In this document: piece by piece, positions 53,572-62,784 of the stretch
How positions within the stretch are numbered: the stretch's first letter is position 1
Layout: every line of letters starts with the position of its first letter
Origin: an uncultured virus (IMG/VR IMGVR_UViG_3300022753_002012)
Lineage: Duplodnaviria > Heunggongvirae > Uroviricota > Caudoviricetes
Virus record (IMG/VR): IMGVR_UViG_3300022753_002012
Length of the DNA stretch: 64,000 nt
Reading direction: 5' to 3' (one strand)
Notes under the pieces: generated by a model
Databases searched by the model: none
Told to the model about the DNA's origin: nothing
The model's input: only the letters and a program-made list of their open reading frames with translations
Position numbers and translations under genes: made by a program

Positions 53572-54525
53572 ATGTTTATGTGCTATATTGTCTTGGATAT
53601 GGAATGGAATCAGCCGTTCAATTACAGGAAAATGATTCGTAAACCCGTAAAGCTCGTGGGAGAAATCGTTCAAATCGGAGCGGTGAAGCTCAGCGAGGCT
53701 TTTGAGATGGTTGACACGTTTAAGATTATGGTTGCTCCCAAGTATTATACTCGTATGAATGAGGCGGTTGAGGATTTGACCCATATAACCACAAGTGACC
53801 TGCAGTATGGATTTCCGTTTCCGCAAGCTATCAAACATTTCATCAACTGGTGTGGCTCCGACTATAGCTTCATCACTTGGGGCTGGGACGATGTGGATAT
53901 GCTTGAGGACAACTTAAAGCTCCACGGGTTGGATTACTCGTGGCTTCCCACGTATTATAACCTCCAGCCGATATACAATTACCAGATTTCAAAAGAATCG
54001 AGACAGGCGTCGTTGTCTGAGGCAATGGGAAGGCTCAACCTTGAGATGTCCGAAGCGCACGATGCCCTTAACGACGCTAGAAACGCTGCAAAGATATGTA
54101 CCGTACTCGATGTGACTGCCGGTATAGAGGCCTACGGAGAAATCATCAAGCGTCCTTTGAAGAAAACCAATGCTACGCTCGATGAGATCAGCTCTCGTAA
54201 GTCGTATAAGGATCGTCAAGATGTATTCGTAGATTTGGAAATGAACCGATTTATCTGCAACGGCTGTGGCGAAATGGTTTGCTGCGGAGAATGGCTCAAG
54301 CAGAGCACAGATAAATATGTTTGCATTGCGCGTTGTGATTGTGGTGAAGAGTTCTTTGTAAGATTGAGATTTAGAAAGAACAACAACGGAACCTGGCGCG
54401 CCGGAATAACTGTATATGCCATGAACGAGGAACACCAGGCATTCTATAACGGCGTTATCGAGAGAAACAAGGTAAAAGAAGAAAAATGGATAGCGTACCA
54501 ACAGCTTCATGCGGTTGCGGTATAA
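53572..54525 (+). CDS. DEDDh 3'-5' exonuclease with Cys-rich C-terminus
   Basis: VLDMEWN, EIVQIGAV, HDALNDA; CNGCG, CDCG. Confidence 0.88.
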   Translation: MFMCYIVLDMEWNQPFNYRKMIRKPVKLVGEIVQIGAVKLSEAFEMVDTFKIMVAPKYYTRMNEAVEDLTHITTSDLQYGFPFPQAIKHFINWCGSDYSFITWGWDDVDMLEDNLKLHGLDYSWLPTYYNLQPIYNYQISKESRQASLSEAMGRLNLEMSEAHDALNDARNAAKICTVLDVTAGIEAYGEIIKRPLKKTNATLDEISSRKSYKDRQDVFVDLEMNRFICNGCGEMVCCGEWLKQSTDKYVCIARCDCGEEFFVRLRFRKNNNGTWRAGITVYAMNEEHQAFYNGVIERNKVKEEKWIAYQQLHAVAV

Positions 54526-54548
54526 GAATTGAGAATGGAGAACGAACA

Positions 54549-55574
54549 ATGAAAAATGCTGATAGTTTGAACAGACTCCGCCTTTTGCGGATTTGGGAAA
54601 TTTTGAATAAGGAAACCGATGAAGACCATCCGATGGGAACGGAAACACTCCGTGAGAAGCTCCTTGAAGGCGGTATCGATTGCCATAGAACCACTCTTTA
54701 TGAGGATATCAAACTGCTTAATGATAGTGGCTACGAGATTATGTGCCGCCGTGGTCGAAGCAATCAATATTACGTGATGGATCGTAAATTTTCAAATCCA
54801 GAGGTGCATATTCTTATGGATGCCGTACAGGCGGCTAGCTTTATTACAAGCAAGAAAACAACCGAGCTTGTCGATAAAATTGCGAATTTGGCGGGAAGCC
54901 AAAAAGCGATGGTGCTAAAGAAAAATATCGTTCAGTTTAACACAGCCAAGAGTGATAACGAGAATATCTATTATTCCGTCAATGAGATTGTTACCGCGAT
55001 TAACACAAACAGGAAGATAATTTTTCTATATTTTGATTACGACAGCAATCACAATCGTGTCTATCGACACAACGGCCACCACTACGTGGTAAGTCCGTAT
55101 GCGACTATTTTCGCTGACGGTCACTATTATCTTGTTATCTATGATAAACGCTACAACAAGATGACGCATTACCGCATTGACCGTATGGACAAAGTGGAAA
55201 TTATAGAAGAACTGGCTGATATGCCGCCGGAGGAGCTTGCATTTGATATTGCCGAACACAAAAAGCAGCTCTTCGGTATGTTCTCGGGTGAGACGACCAG
55301 TGTTACCATTGAGATGAAATCCTTTTTATTGGATGCAGTTTTCGACTTGTTCGGAAACAAAACAAGAATACTTCCATATGGCGATGATAAAATCCGCTTC
55401 ACGGCAGACGTGCAGATTAGCGACCTTTTCTTCGGCTGGTGTTCTTCCTTCGGTCAAAACCTTAAACTGATCGCACCGCAGCACATATTGGAGGCATACA
55501 AAGAATACACCGCTAAAGTAATGCAGCAATATGAAGAGGGGGAGAAGGATGAAGAAAACGTCGGAGAAAACTAA
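54549..55574 (+). CDS. WYL-domain transcriptional regulator
   Basis: wHTH ETDEDHP..RTTLYEDI; VSPY..YYLV..HYRIDRM; LIAPQ. Confidence 0.9.
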   Translation: MKNADSLNRLRLLRIWEILNKETDEDHPMGTETLREKLLEGGIDCHRTTLYEDIKLLNDSGYEIMCRRGRSNQYYVMDRKFSNPEVHILMDAVQAASFITSKKTTELVDKIANLAGSQKAMVLKKNIVQFNTAKSDNENIYYSVNEIVTAINTNRKIIFLYFDYDSNHNRVYRHNGHHYVVSPYATIFADGHYYLVIYDKRYNKMTHYRIDRMDKVEIIEELADMPPEELAFDIAEHKKQLFGMFSGETTSVTIEMKSFLLDAVFDLFGNKTRILPYGDDKIRFTADVQISDLFFGWCSSFGQNLKLIAPQHILEAYKEYTAKVMQQYEEGEKDEENVGEN

Positions 55575-55971
55575 AAGGGGCCTCTTGACGCTGTTTATCG
55601 TTTTTGAATGTATATTTGCTCCATTCACGGTCTTGGGGTTGCTGATTTTCTTTCCTGTCGGGTTGATTGGTCTCGCTGCGTGTATTATTTACGCGCTTGT
55701 GATTATTTCTATCAAGCAATCTATTAACGGAAAGAAGCCAATCCTGGATTTGTTTCGTGAAGGCAAGAAAACCTGCCGTAAATGTAAACATACGTTTTCA
55801 AAAAAGGACAGCTTGACCTGCCCCTATTGCGCCAGAGTAAGAGAGTTCAAGCGAAAATATGCGCCTATTATAGAATCCAAAAAGCTCCCGCCCAAGGATG
55901 AAGAGCATATGGATTTTTGGGAAGAAATAGGGCTTTTAATGCTGATTGATGAAATATTTGATGATGAATAA
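55549..55971 (+). CDS. Membrane protein with zinc ribbon
   Basis: Two TM segments, CRKC..CPYC. Confidence 0.7.
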   Translation: MKKTSEKTKRGLLTLFIVFECIFAPFTVLGLLIFFPVGLIGLAACIIYALVIISIKQSINGKKPILDLFREGKKTCRKCKHTFSKKDSLTCPYCARVREFKRKYAPIIESKKLPPKDEEHMDFWEEIGLLMLIDEIFDDE

Positions 55972-55985
55972 AGGGGAGACAAAAA

Positions 55986-56048
55986 ATGTGGATTATTTTA
56001 TGTATTATCGCGCTTCCATTCGTTGTTCTTTCTGAATTAATTAAGTAA
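55986..56048 (+). CDS. 20-aa hydrophobic peptide
   Basis: GGGGAG RBS; MWIILCIIALPFVVLSELIK. Confidence 0.45.
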   Translation: MWIILCIIALPFVVLSELIK

Positions 56049-56078
56049 TTGGTTATCGGACCATAAAGGAGGATTTAA

Positions 56079-56393
56079 TTGACAAAGACATTAGTTAAAC
56101 TCGGCGCAATTTCTGCGCTGGTGTTTGCAGTGTGCGGCTGGAGCACACTAGGAGCGATGTGGAGTGGTATCTGGCAGGTGCTGGTGGCACTCTTCCCGTT
56201 GCTTTGGGAAGGCATTAAGTATATGGTGGAAGAATACCTGACATCGCCATACTTTATCACGGGCGCAATTATGATGATGGCATCGGGTTTCGGCATCTGG
56301 TTTGGAGTACGAGGCGGCAAGGCGCTTTACCTCGTCGTTTCGTTGATTGGCACCGTCATCAGCTTGGCAAGCATGGGCGTCAGTTTTATATAA
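56079..56393 (+). CDS. Small multi-TM membrane protein
   Basis: AGGAGG RBS, TTG start, hydrophobic throughout. Confidence 0.7.
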   Translation: MTKTLVKLGAISALVFAVCGWSTLGAMWSGIWQVLVALFPLLWEGIKYMVEEYLTSPYFITGAIMMMASGFGIWFGVRGGKALYLVVSLIGTVISLASMGVSFI

Positions 56394-56405
56394 GGAGCAA
56401 AAACC

Positions 56406-56549
56406 ATGCCAGACTTAGATGATTTTCACGCTTTCAAAAGCACCAGCGGTGGTGGAAGCGGGGGCGGCGGAATGGGATGTTCCGGCGGGCTTTGGGCGGT
56501 TATAATTATAATTGCACTTCTCACGCTGCTCGGTCAGTGCGGCGGATAA
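56406..56549 (+). CDS. 47-aa Gly-rich single-TM peptide
   Basis: AAGGAG RBS; MPDLDDFHAFKSTSGGGSGGGGMGCSGGLWAVIIIIALLTLLGQCGG. Confidence 0.6.
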   Translation: MPDLDDFHAFKSTSGGGSGGGGMGCSGGLWAVIIIIALLTLLGQCGG

Positions 56550-56560
56550 ATAGGAGGTAT

Positions 56561-56767
56561 ATGATGAAATTTGGATTAAGAACCCCATCATTGAAACGCT
56601 CATTAAGAGCCAGAACAACTGGACGAGCGAAGCGTAGTGTTAAAAAAGCTCTTATACCCGGATATGGCAAAAAAGGAATGGGATGGGTGAAAAGCCCGAA
56701 AAAAGCCGCATACAATAAGGTTTATAACAAAACCTCGTTTAGCCTTTGGGATATATTCAAAAAATAA
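56561..56767 (+). CDS. Highly basic 68-aa phage-type protein
   Basis: AGGAGGT RBS; RTPSLKRS..ARTTG..PGYGKKGMGW..YNKVYNKT. Confidence 0.75.
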   Translation: MMKFGLRTPSLKRSLRARTTGRAKRSVKKALIPGYGKKGMGWVKSPKKAAYNKVYNKTSFSLWDIFKK

Positions 56768-56799
56768 AAACAGTAAATGAGCTAAAAAGGGTGAAAAGA

Positions 56800-57396
56800 A
56801 TGACTTGGGATGATTTTTATGAGCGTTTTTTTGATTGGGCAGATAGTACCAAGGTCAGCAAGATTTCTTCGTTGACGACGTTAGGAGAAGAGGAAGATAT
56901 TATTGAAGTCGCTGGTGAATACGCTTATATCGGAAATAAAGAGTGCACTAGGTTTTTGAAGAAAATAATAGCTCTTGGTGGTTGCTTTACCGCTAGCAAT
57001 ATCATGGAGCTGATATACAACGTTGAGCCATCGTTCATATGGGAACTGGCACAAAAGAACAACACCCCTTATAGCGAAGATGCGTTGGATGAATTGGCTA
57101 CGTATTTGTCGGACGAGCAGTTGAAGAGTCTCGCGCGGAAAAGCAATATTCGTTTTCAAACGGTTAGTGAATCGCAAAAGCGTCCTGAAACAAAGAGACC
57201 TGGATTCTTTGAAGCAATGGCTGCGATATTTACCACTGGAGGAAGCAAGCAAAACACACACGGTCACCGTTGCAATGGAGATTGTGCCAACTGTCCGCCA
57301 CATTATGGCTACAGATACGGAAGATGGTACTATGGTCATAACCATATGGAAGGCTGTGAATTTGGCGGAAACAGCGGTAGCGGAGGGAAAGATTAA
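56800..57396 (+). CDS. Hypothetical protein with C-terminal Cys/His motif
   Basis: CNGDCANCPPHYGYRYGRWYYGHNHMEGC. Confidence 0.7.
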   Translation: MTWDDFYERFFDWADSTKVSKISSLTTLGEEEDIIEVAGEYAYIGNKECTRFLKKIIALGGCFTASNIMELIYNVEPSFIWELAQKNNTPYSEDALDELATYLSDEQLKSLARKSNIRFQTVSESQKRPETKRPGFFEAMAAIFTTGGSKQNTHGHRCNGDCANCPPHYGYRYGRWYYGHNHMEGCEFGGNSGSGGKD

Positions 57397-57416
57397 GAGA
57401 AAGGAGACCAAAGTGA

Positions 57417-58730
57417 ATGGATACCTATGAAATGATGCCGTTTAAAGGAACGGCTGTTAAGATGCAACTCGTATCCAATGGTATATGCTATGGTCCGTGT
57501 CCTATGGTCAATGATGAAGTAGAACAGCGGGTCACCATAACTCCCACGCATATATGGGTTAGCAGATATACATACGGAGATGGGTTCAATTACGGATTAC
57601 AGCAAAAGTTTAATGGAAGAATAGCACGTGAGAATGGTGAAGCAATTCTAGCCGAACTTGGTACATATTTTAGTGATGAAAATAACCTCGACGCATTTGC
57701 CACGGATGTGGGGTCGTGGGAACTTATTTTAACAAATGAAGAGGGTGACGCTTTTAAGTTTTTCGGCTCTTTGATATCGTTGAATACGGAGCTAGACAGC
57801 ATTTGCGATGATATGCGTGAACGGCTTGATATGCCTTTTCTGTTTCTTTTTAATGGAGATGACAGGCAAGATAAGATAACTCGACTCACCATTGAGTATA
57901 GCCGAACAACCAAAATCAAGTCTAATCCCGAGCATAACGTTCCATATGAGTTTGTTACATGGAATTATGCAGAAAAGATTACGATAGACCGCGAAAGCGA
58001 AACGTTAGAATATTTTAGGCGTATTGGAGAGGAGTGCGATACAACCTGGAAATATCACGTCGCAGAAGGCGTTCCTCATTTCCTTGATGATATTGACATC
58101 GATATGTTCGACGACATAGAGGGCAATCCTCCCGACGCAATGGATGACCCAATGGAGAGCAAAAGCTACAAAATTATCATTGAGTTTGCTCATATGCCGG
58201 ATAAGGTTATCACGGGTAGCTTCGACCGCTTGAGTCTGCCAAGCAAGTGGCCGTCCTTCGCAAAAGATCTAAAAGAATTTATGCGTTTTTATGGTGAGGG
58301 AGAAGTGATTGACCGTGTTCGTTATGAAGCGCAGAAGCAATGCCCAGGCGACATCATCTACCTGTCTGTTACCTTTGGCGAACACGGAAAGCGGTACTAT
58401 TACCGAACCGAAGACAATTCTATTGAAATCGGAAATTGGGTTGTCGTTCCCGTTGGAACTGACGGCAAGGAAAGAATCGTGAAGGTTGAGAAAAAAGAAT
58501 ATTTCCGGGAAGATAATGTTCCTATGCCTTTGGATCGAGTAAAAAGCGTAATTGAGGTGTTCAATCCTCCTGAATCGGGAGAGGCAGCCATGGACTGTCC
58601 GGTGCTCAATAAAAAAATCACGATGGATGAATGTTATGAGTATTGTTTGAGCGGCTTTGATGTACCTACAGACGAGGAAGCCGAAGAATGCGATTTAAAG
58701 TGCGAAAAGTGTCGTTACTACGAAGATTAA
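57417..58730 (+). CDS. Hypothetical multi-domain protein
   Basis: 437-aa ORF, AAGGAG RBS; YYYRTED..IEIGNWVVVP module and Cys-rich tail. Confidence 0.75.
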   Translation: MDTYEMMPFKGTAVKMQLVSNGICYGPCPMVNDEVEQRVTITPTHIWVSRYTYGDGFNYGLQQKFNGRIARENGEAILAELGTYFSDENNLDAFATDVGSWELILTNEEGDAFKFFGSLISLNTELDSICDDMRERLDMPFLFLFNGDDRQDKITRLTIEYSRTTKIKSNPEHNVPYEFVTWNYAEKITIDRESETLEYFRRIGEECDTTWKYHVAEGVPHFLDDIDIDMFDDIEGNPPDAMDDPMESKSYKIIIEFAHMPDKVITGSFDRLSLPSKWPSFAKDLKEFMRFYGEGEVIDRVRYEAQKQCPGDIIYLSVTFGEHGKRYYYRTEDNSIEIGNWVVVPVGTDGKERIVKVEKKEYFREDNVPMPLDRVKSVIEVFNPPESGEAAMDCPVLNKKITMDECYEYCLSGFDVPTDEEAEECDLKCEKCRYYED

Positions 58731-58760
58731 AATTAAAACAAAAATAAAGGAGTTTTAGCT

Positions 58761-59150
58761 ATGAAAAAGGAAACATTGAGACAGTTGCTCGATATGGCGA
58801 AGGACGATAAGACCGCAGCCGAGGTTCTTGAGATGATTCAAAATTACGAGGACAAGTATGAAGATGGCACGGATGGAACTACGGTGAAAATTAGAATTTT
58901 CAAGGGTCCCGATGGCAAGGTTGTAACGGAAATTTGCTCTTTGCTGGAGTACCGCGACATCTCAAAAATGACCTTAGAGGAACTGCGCGAATACTACGAA
59001 GAGCTTGAAGAAAGGCTCGATGAGGTGGAAAGCAACGAACCCGACGACGAGGACGGGGACGAACACGCAGAATGGGAAGATGAACTTTCCGAGGTTGAGG
59101 AAGAAATGGATGCTGTAGAGGCTAGAATTTCCGAACTTGAGGGAGAGTAA
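58761..59150 (+). CDS. Very acidic hypothetical protein
   Basis: AAGGAG RBS; 30 of last 58 residues are D/E. Confidence 0.75.
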   Translation: MKKETLRQLLDMAKDDKTAAEVLEMIQNYEDKYEDGTDGTTVKIRIFKGPDGKVVTEICSLLEYRDISKMTLEELREYYEELEERLDEVESNEPDDEDGDEHAEWEDELSEVEEEMDAVEARISELEGE

Positions 59151-59200
59151 TAATTTATAACCTTTTTGCGCTGATTGTCGATAAATGTGGAGGACGCTAT

Positions 59201-60715
59201 ATGAAGAAAGAATTTTCTTTTTTGGATAAAAAATTGATGGGAGTAATGAGGGACTTGCTGTTTTCTTCGGAAACGATTGCAGGTATTTTCTGCATGTGCA
59301 AATCCCAAAAGAAGAGACAAAAGCTCTACAATTTCATAATGGACAACCTTGAGTATGTAACTCAAAGCGATGTTCTTCATATGGCTGTAATGATTGACAA
59401 CGCCAGAGAGCAGGTGATATATGAGGACACCATTGTCAAATATATCGGTGAGGATGATGGCGAAGTTGTCAACGGACATCTTTATCAAGCGGGAGTGATT
59501 TACGATGGTGGTGAGGTCTATAAGATTAGGACCGAAAAACGCCATATAAGAGAATATCCTGCCAATATGTTTATTGAGCAACGCGCTAAAAATATCAGGA
59601 TAGAGTTTCTTGATAATCCGTTGGACGGAGAAATCCTTGATGGACTGCAAATGGACGAGCTGTATGACATAGTTAGCCGTGATAACGGAATGCTCACGTT
59701 AGAAAACGGCTGTAAATGCTTTAAGTTTAGAGGAAGCGGCGAGGACTTTGAAGACAAACCCGAAGAAAAAATAAAGGTTTTAGAGAAGAAGGAATTGCTC
59801 CGGCGTTATATTCTTCTTTCAAGATTTAGCTCTTCAATGCACATTCGTCCGTACATAAGAGAAGATTGCAAGTATGTGTCCGAGTGGAGTGGTACTACCA
59901 TCAAAGGCAAACAAACAATTATAGATCGCGCAAGAATGGTCTTTAAGAATTGTCTCGACCATGAGATATTTTACCATATGAACACTGGTGTAATAGCCGA
60001 CACCAACAACGAGGAACTGATTCCCGTAGGCACACCGTGTATGGGTATTTGGGAGAAAGGCAAACTTCGCAGCATTGTAATCATCGACGTGGATGAGGAC
60101 GGTTACATTTATAAAATCAACTATTACAGCAATCCCGGCTTAAGCATTACGCCGGATATCATAAAAAGCAACTACATAGAGATAATCGATGGTCATGACA
60201 CTGGCGGAGTGTTTTGGTTTAGACCTTGCAACGTTGACTTGACCGATTACAAGGGCGCACGAGATTATTGGGATCAGGTAACAGAGTCAGCGGACGAAAT
60301 ATCTATTGATGATTTCGTTTTTGATGACTACCTTGCATACTTCTTCTTGCAGGTATTCGATGAGAATTTAGATGCCAACAAGCTGCGGTACAATAGCGAA
60401 GAAGAGAGGCTCGTAAGCTTCGGGTGGAATTTGGATCATAATTTTTACACCCGCGAACAAATGACGGCTGTTTTGGAGATGATATGGCAGCTCATTACAA
60501 GGATGGAGAATGCGGAGAAGGAAGAGGTCAAAAAGGCATATCCCGTGCTGGAAACGGAATATTGTAAACCTTTAGATGTCGTCGCCGCAATCTATGACAA
60601 TCCGAATTATCATCCGTGTGCTGCTCACGATTTCTATGTAAGGTTTATTAGAAAAATTAACGATATGATGGAGAAGAATCCAGAAATGAAATACTTCTCC
60701 GTAATGGGACCGTAA
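59201..60715 (+). CDS. Hypothetical multi-domain protein
   Basis: 504-aa ORF with GGAGG RBS. Confidence 0.75.
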   Translation: MKKEFSFLDKKLMGVMRDLLFSSETIAGIFCMCKSQKKRQKLYNFIMDNLEYVTQSDVLHMAVMIDNAREQVIYEDTIVKYIGEDDGEVVNGHLYQAGVIYDGGEVYKIRTEKRHIREYPANMFIEQRAKNIRIEFLDNPLDGEILDGLQMDELYDIVSRDNGMLTLENGCKCFKFRGSGEDFEDKPEEKIKVLEKKELLRRYILLSRFSSSMHIRPYIREDCKYVSEWSGTTIKGKQTIIDRARMVFKNCLDHEIFYHMNTGVIADTNNEELIPVGTPCMGIWEKGKLRSIVIIDVDEDGYIYKINYYSNPGLSITPDIIKSNYIEIIDGHDTGGVFWFRPCNVDLTDYKGARDYWDQVTESADEISIDDFVFDDYLAYFFLQVFDENLDANKLRYNSEEERLVSFGWNLDHNFYTREQMTAVLEMIWQLITRMENAEKEEVKKAYPVLETEYCKPLDVVAAIYDNPNYHPCAAHDFYVRFIRKINDMMEKNPEMKYFSVMGP

Positions 60716-60719
60716 TAAG

Positions 60720-61439
60720 ATGAATAGTGATATAACTTATGATTTGCAACGAATGGAGCTTAACAATCAGCTCTATGAAGCGTGTGGAAAAAAAGAGCTT
60801 GACCTGGAGCTGATTAAGCGACTGCTGAATAAAGGAGCCGATCCGTTGGGACCAACGGGCGAGTTCGATATTTTGGAGCACTTGTATGGAGAGATTGCCG
60901 GTGAATTGTGTTATGACGAGACTGAAAAATTGAAGAATTTTCCCATCATAACCGAATTGTTTTTGAATGCCGGGATGGATATTTCCAAACCTCTTATTCC
61001 ATATGATAATGCAAACAGCATAAATCCCTTGTGGGAATTTGCGTTTGCCCCTTGTGAGGAGACGGCTGTTGCCATGAAAATGCTACTTGATAACGGATTG
61101 GATGCCGATTCGGTAGGGGCGTTTATAGACCACGCTATCGGAGATTTCTTTTATTTGGATGGCGTAAATCCTAATGACGAGGATTGCGTTATCAATTGCA
61201 CGTGGGTTATGAAGATGATAATGCTTGCCGCCTCGTATCCGCACATACTAGAGGTGTATCCCCCCTTGAAGGAAATGATCCAAACAGAGAATAACGAATA
61301 TGACTTGATGAATTTTAGAAACCTCAACGCTTTTACCTATGAATTTGACGCAAGCACTGCAAGACTATATTTCATAGGCGGCACCGTGAGAATTTATGAA
61401 AAGGAAAGTAAGAAGCTTGTATGGACAATGAAGGTGTGA
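60720..61439 (+). CDS. Hypothetical protein with degenerate ankyrin-like repeats
   Basis: IKRLLNKGADP, ELFLNAGMD, KMLLDNGLDAD. Confidence 0.65.
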   Translation: MNSDITYDLQRMELNNQLYEACGKKELDLELIKRLLNKGADPLGPTGEFDILEHLYGEIAGELCYDETEKLKNFPIITELFLNAGMDISKPLIPYDNANSINPLWEFAFAPCEETAVAMKMLLDNGLDADSVGAFIDHAIGDFFYLDGVNPNDEDCVINCTWVMKMIMLAASYPHILEVYPPLKEMIQTENNEYDLMNFRNLNAFTYEFDASTARLYFIGGTVRIYEKESKKLVWTMKV

Positions 61440-61660
61440 AAGACTTAGCCTATTATTTGGCGCTCGATTACGAGCTTGTGGTTGTGCCGGACGAAGAAGA
61501 GGGCGGATATGTTGCATACTATCCCGATCTAAACGGATGCATCACTTGTGCCGAAACGATTGAAGAGGCAAAAGCCAATGCTGAGGACGCCAAACGAGCG
61601 TGGCTAAATGCGTGTTTCGAGGATGGCGTTTCAATTCCGATGCCACACCCAAAGAGTTAA
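61421..61660 (+). CDS. hicB: HicB-family antitoxin domain (no hicA adjacent)
   Basis: EEGGYVAYYPDLNGCITCAETIEEAKANAEDA..W..IPMP. Confidence 0.8.
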   Translation: MDNEGVKDLAYYLALDYELVVVPDEEEGGYVAYYPDLNGCITCAETIEEAKANAEDAKRAWLNACFEDGVSIPMPHPKS

Positions 61661-61725
61661 TTTGACATTACTTTTGGCATTTCGTTAAAATCTTTTAATA
61701 TTCCGCACAAATCGGCAATGAACCC

Positions 61726-61754
61726 TTGAAAAATTGAAGTTGTTGTGGTATAAT
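61726..61754 (+). promoter_or_regulatory. Sigma-A promoter of R-M operon
   Basis: TTGAAA-17-TATAAT with TG extension. Confidence 0.65.
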
Positions 61755-61798
61755 GAAAACTGTATAATTATAAATCTTACTTGTTAGGAGATGAAATT

Positions 61799-62002
61799 AT
61801 GTCGGACGTTATGCAACAGCAGCCGGAACGTTGGTATTCTACCAAGGAAATTTGTGCTCATCTCGGTATCAGTCGAGACACAATGCTTACCTGGATTCTT
61901 GAAAAAGAAATGCCTGCACACAAGGTCGGCCGCAACTGGAAATTCAAAATTAGCGAAGTCGATGAGTGGGTTAGAAGCGGAAAGGCAGCGGACAAGGAGT
62001 AA
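61799..62002 (+). CDS. Excisionase-like HTH_17 DNA-binding protein
   Basis: WYSTKEICAHLGISRDT..MPAHKVGRNWKFKISEVDEWV. Confidence 0.85.
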   Translation: MSDVMQQQPERWYSTKEICAHLGISRDTMLTWILEKEMPAHKVGRNWKFKISEVDEWVRSGKAADKE

Positions 62003-62046
62003 CTTGCAATGATGAAAAATATCAAGAAATGGAGGGTCGACTCAAG

Positions 62047-62784
62047 ATGGCACAACAAGTGAAATCTAAACAGCGCGTAGCCGAGCGTGGAGAAGTTTTT
62101 ACTGCCGAGCGAGAGGTGCAGGCTATGTGCGATTTGGTGAAACAGGAAACCGAACGAATTGATAGCCGATTTTTAGAGCCGGCTTGTGGCGACGGCAACT
62201 TCTTATCCGTTATACTTAAAAGAAAACTTGAGATCGTAAAAAAGAAATATAGACGTAGCGCCTACGATTGGGAAAGAAACTCCTTGCTGGCACTCGGTAG
62301 TATGTACGGTGTTGATATTATGCTGGACAATGTCATAGCCTGTCAGGAACGCCTTTTTGAAATTTGGAATAAGGAATACAAAGCCGTTTGCAAAAAGGAA
62401 TGCAATGAGGAAACACGAGAGTCGGCTAGATTTATTTTAAGGCTAAATATCGTGTGTGGAAACGCACTCACACTTCTTTGCGTGGATGCACAGGGAAACG
62501 AGCTGAATGTTCCTATCATCTTTTCCGAGTGGACATTCCCGTTTAACGATGCTAGGATGCAACGCAAGGACTACACCTTTGCTGAACTTCTTGCCGCAGG
62601 GGACAAGCTCGAAAAGAAAGATGATCAATTAGGTCTATTCGATGACGAAGAGGCACCAAGCGAAGAAGGTAATTTCCTTCAGCAATACATTGCTCACTAC
62701 AGACGGATTAGTGAGGATGATACCAGATGGCGTGAAACCTACCGTCACATAGAAATTAAGGAGGAGGACAGTGGCAATGGCTAA
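62047..62784 (+). CDS. SAM-binding DNA methyltransferase-like subunit of R-M locus
   Basis: GEVFT, LEPACGDGNFL, YGVDI, NIVCGNAL; no NPPY. Confidence 0.8.
   Translation: MAQQVKSKQRVAERGEVFTAEREVQAMCDLVKQETERIDSRFLEPACGDGNFLSVILKRKLEIVKKKYRRSAYDWERNSLLALGSMYGVDIMLDNVIACQERLFEIWNKEYKAVCKKECNEETRESARFILRLNIVCGNALTLLCVDAQGNELNVPIIFSEWTFPFNDARMQRKDYTFAELLAAGDKLEKKDDQLGLFDDEEAPSEEGNFLQQYIAHYRRISEDDTRWRETYRHIEIKEEDSGNG

Noticed and set aside
53989..54648. 219-aa minus-strand ORF (and 58994-59650)
   Set aside because: Antisense to well-supported genes, no motifs
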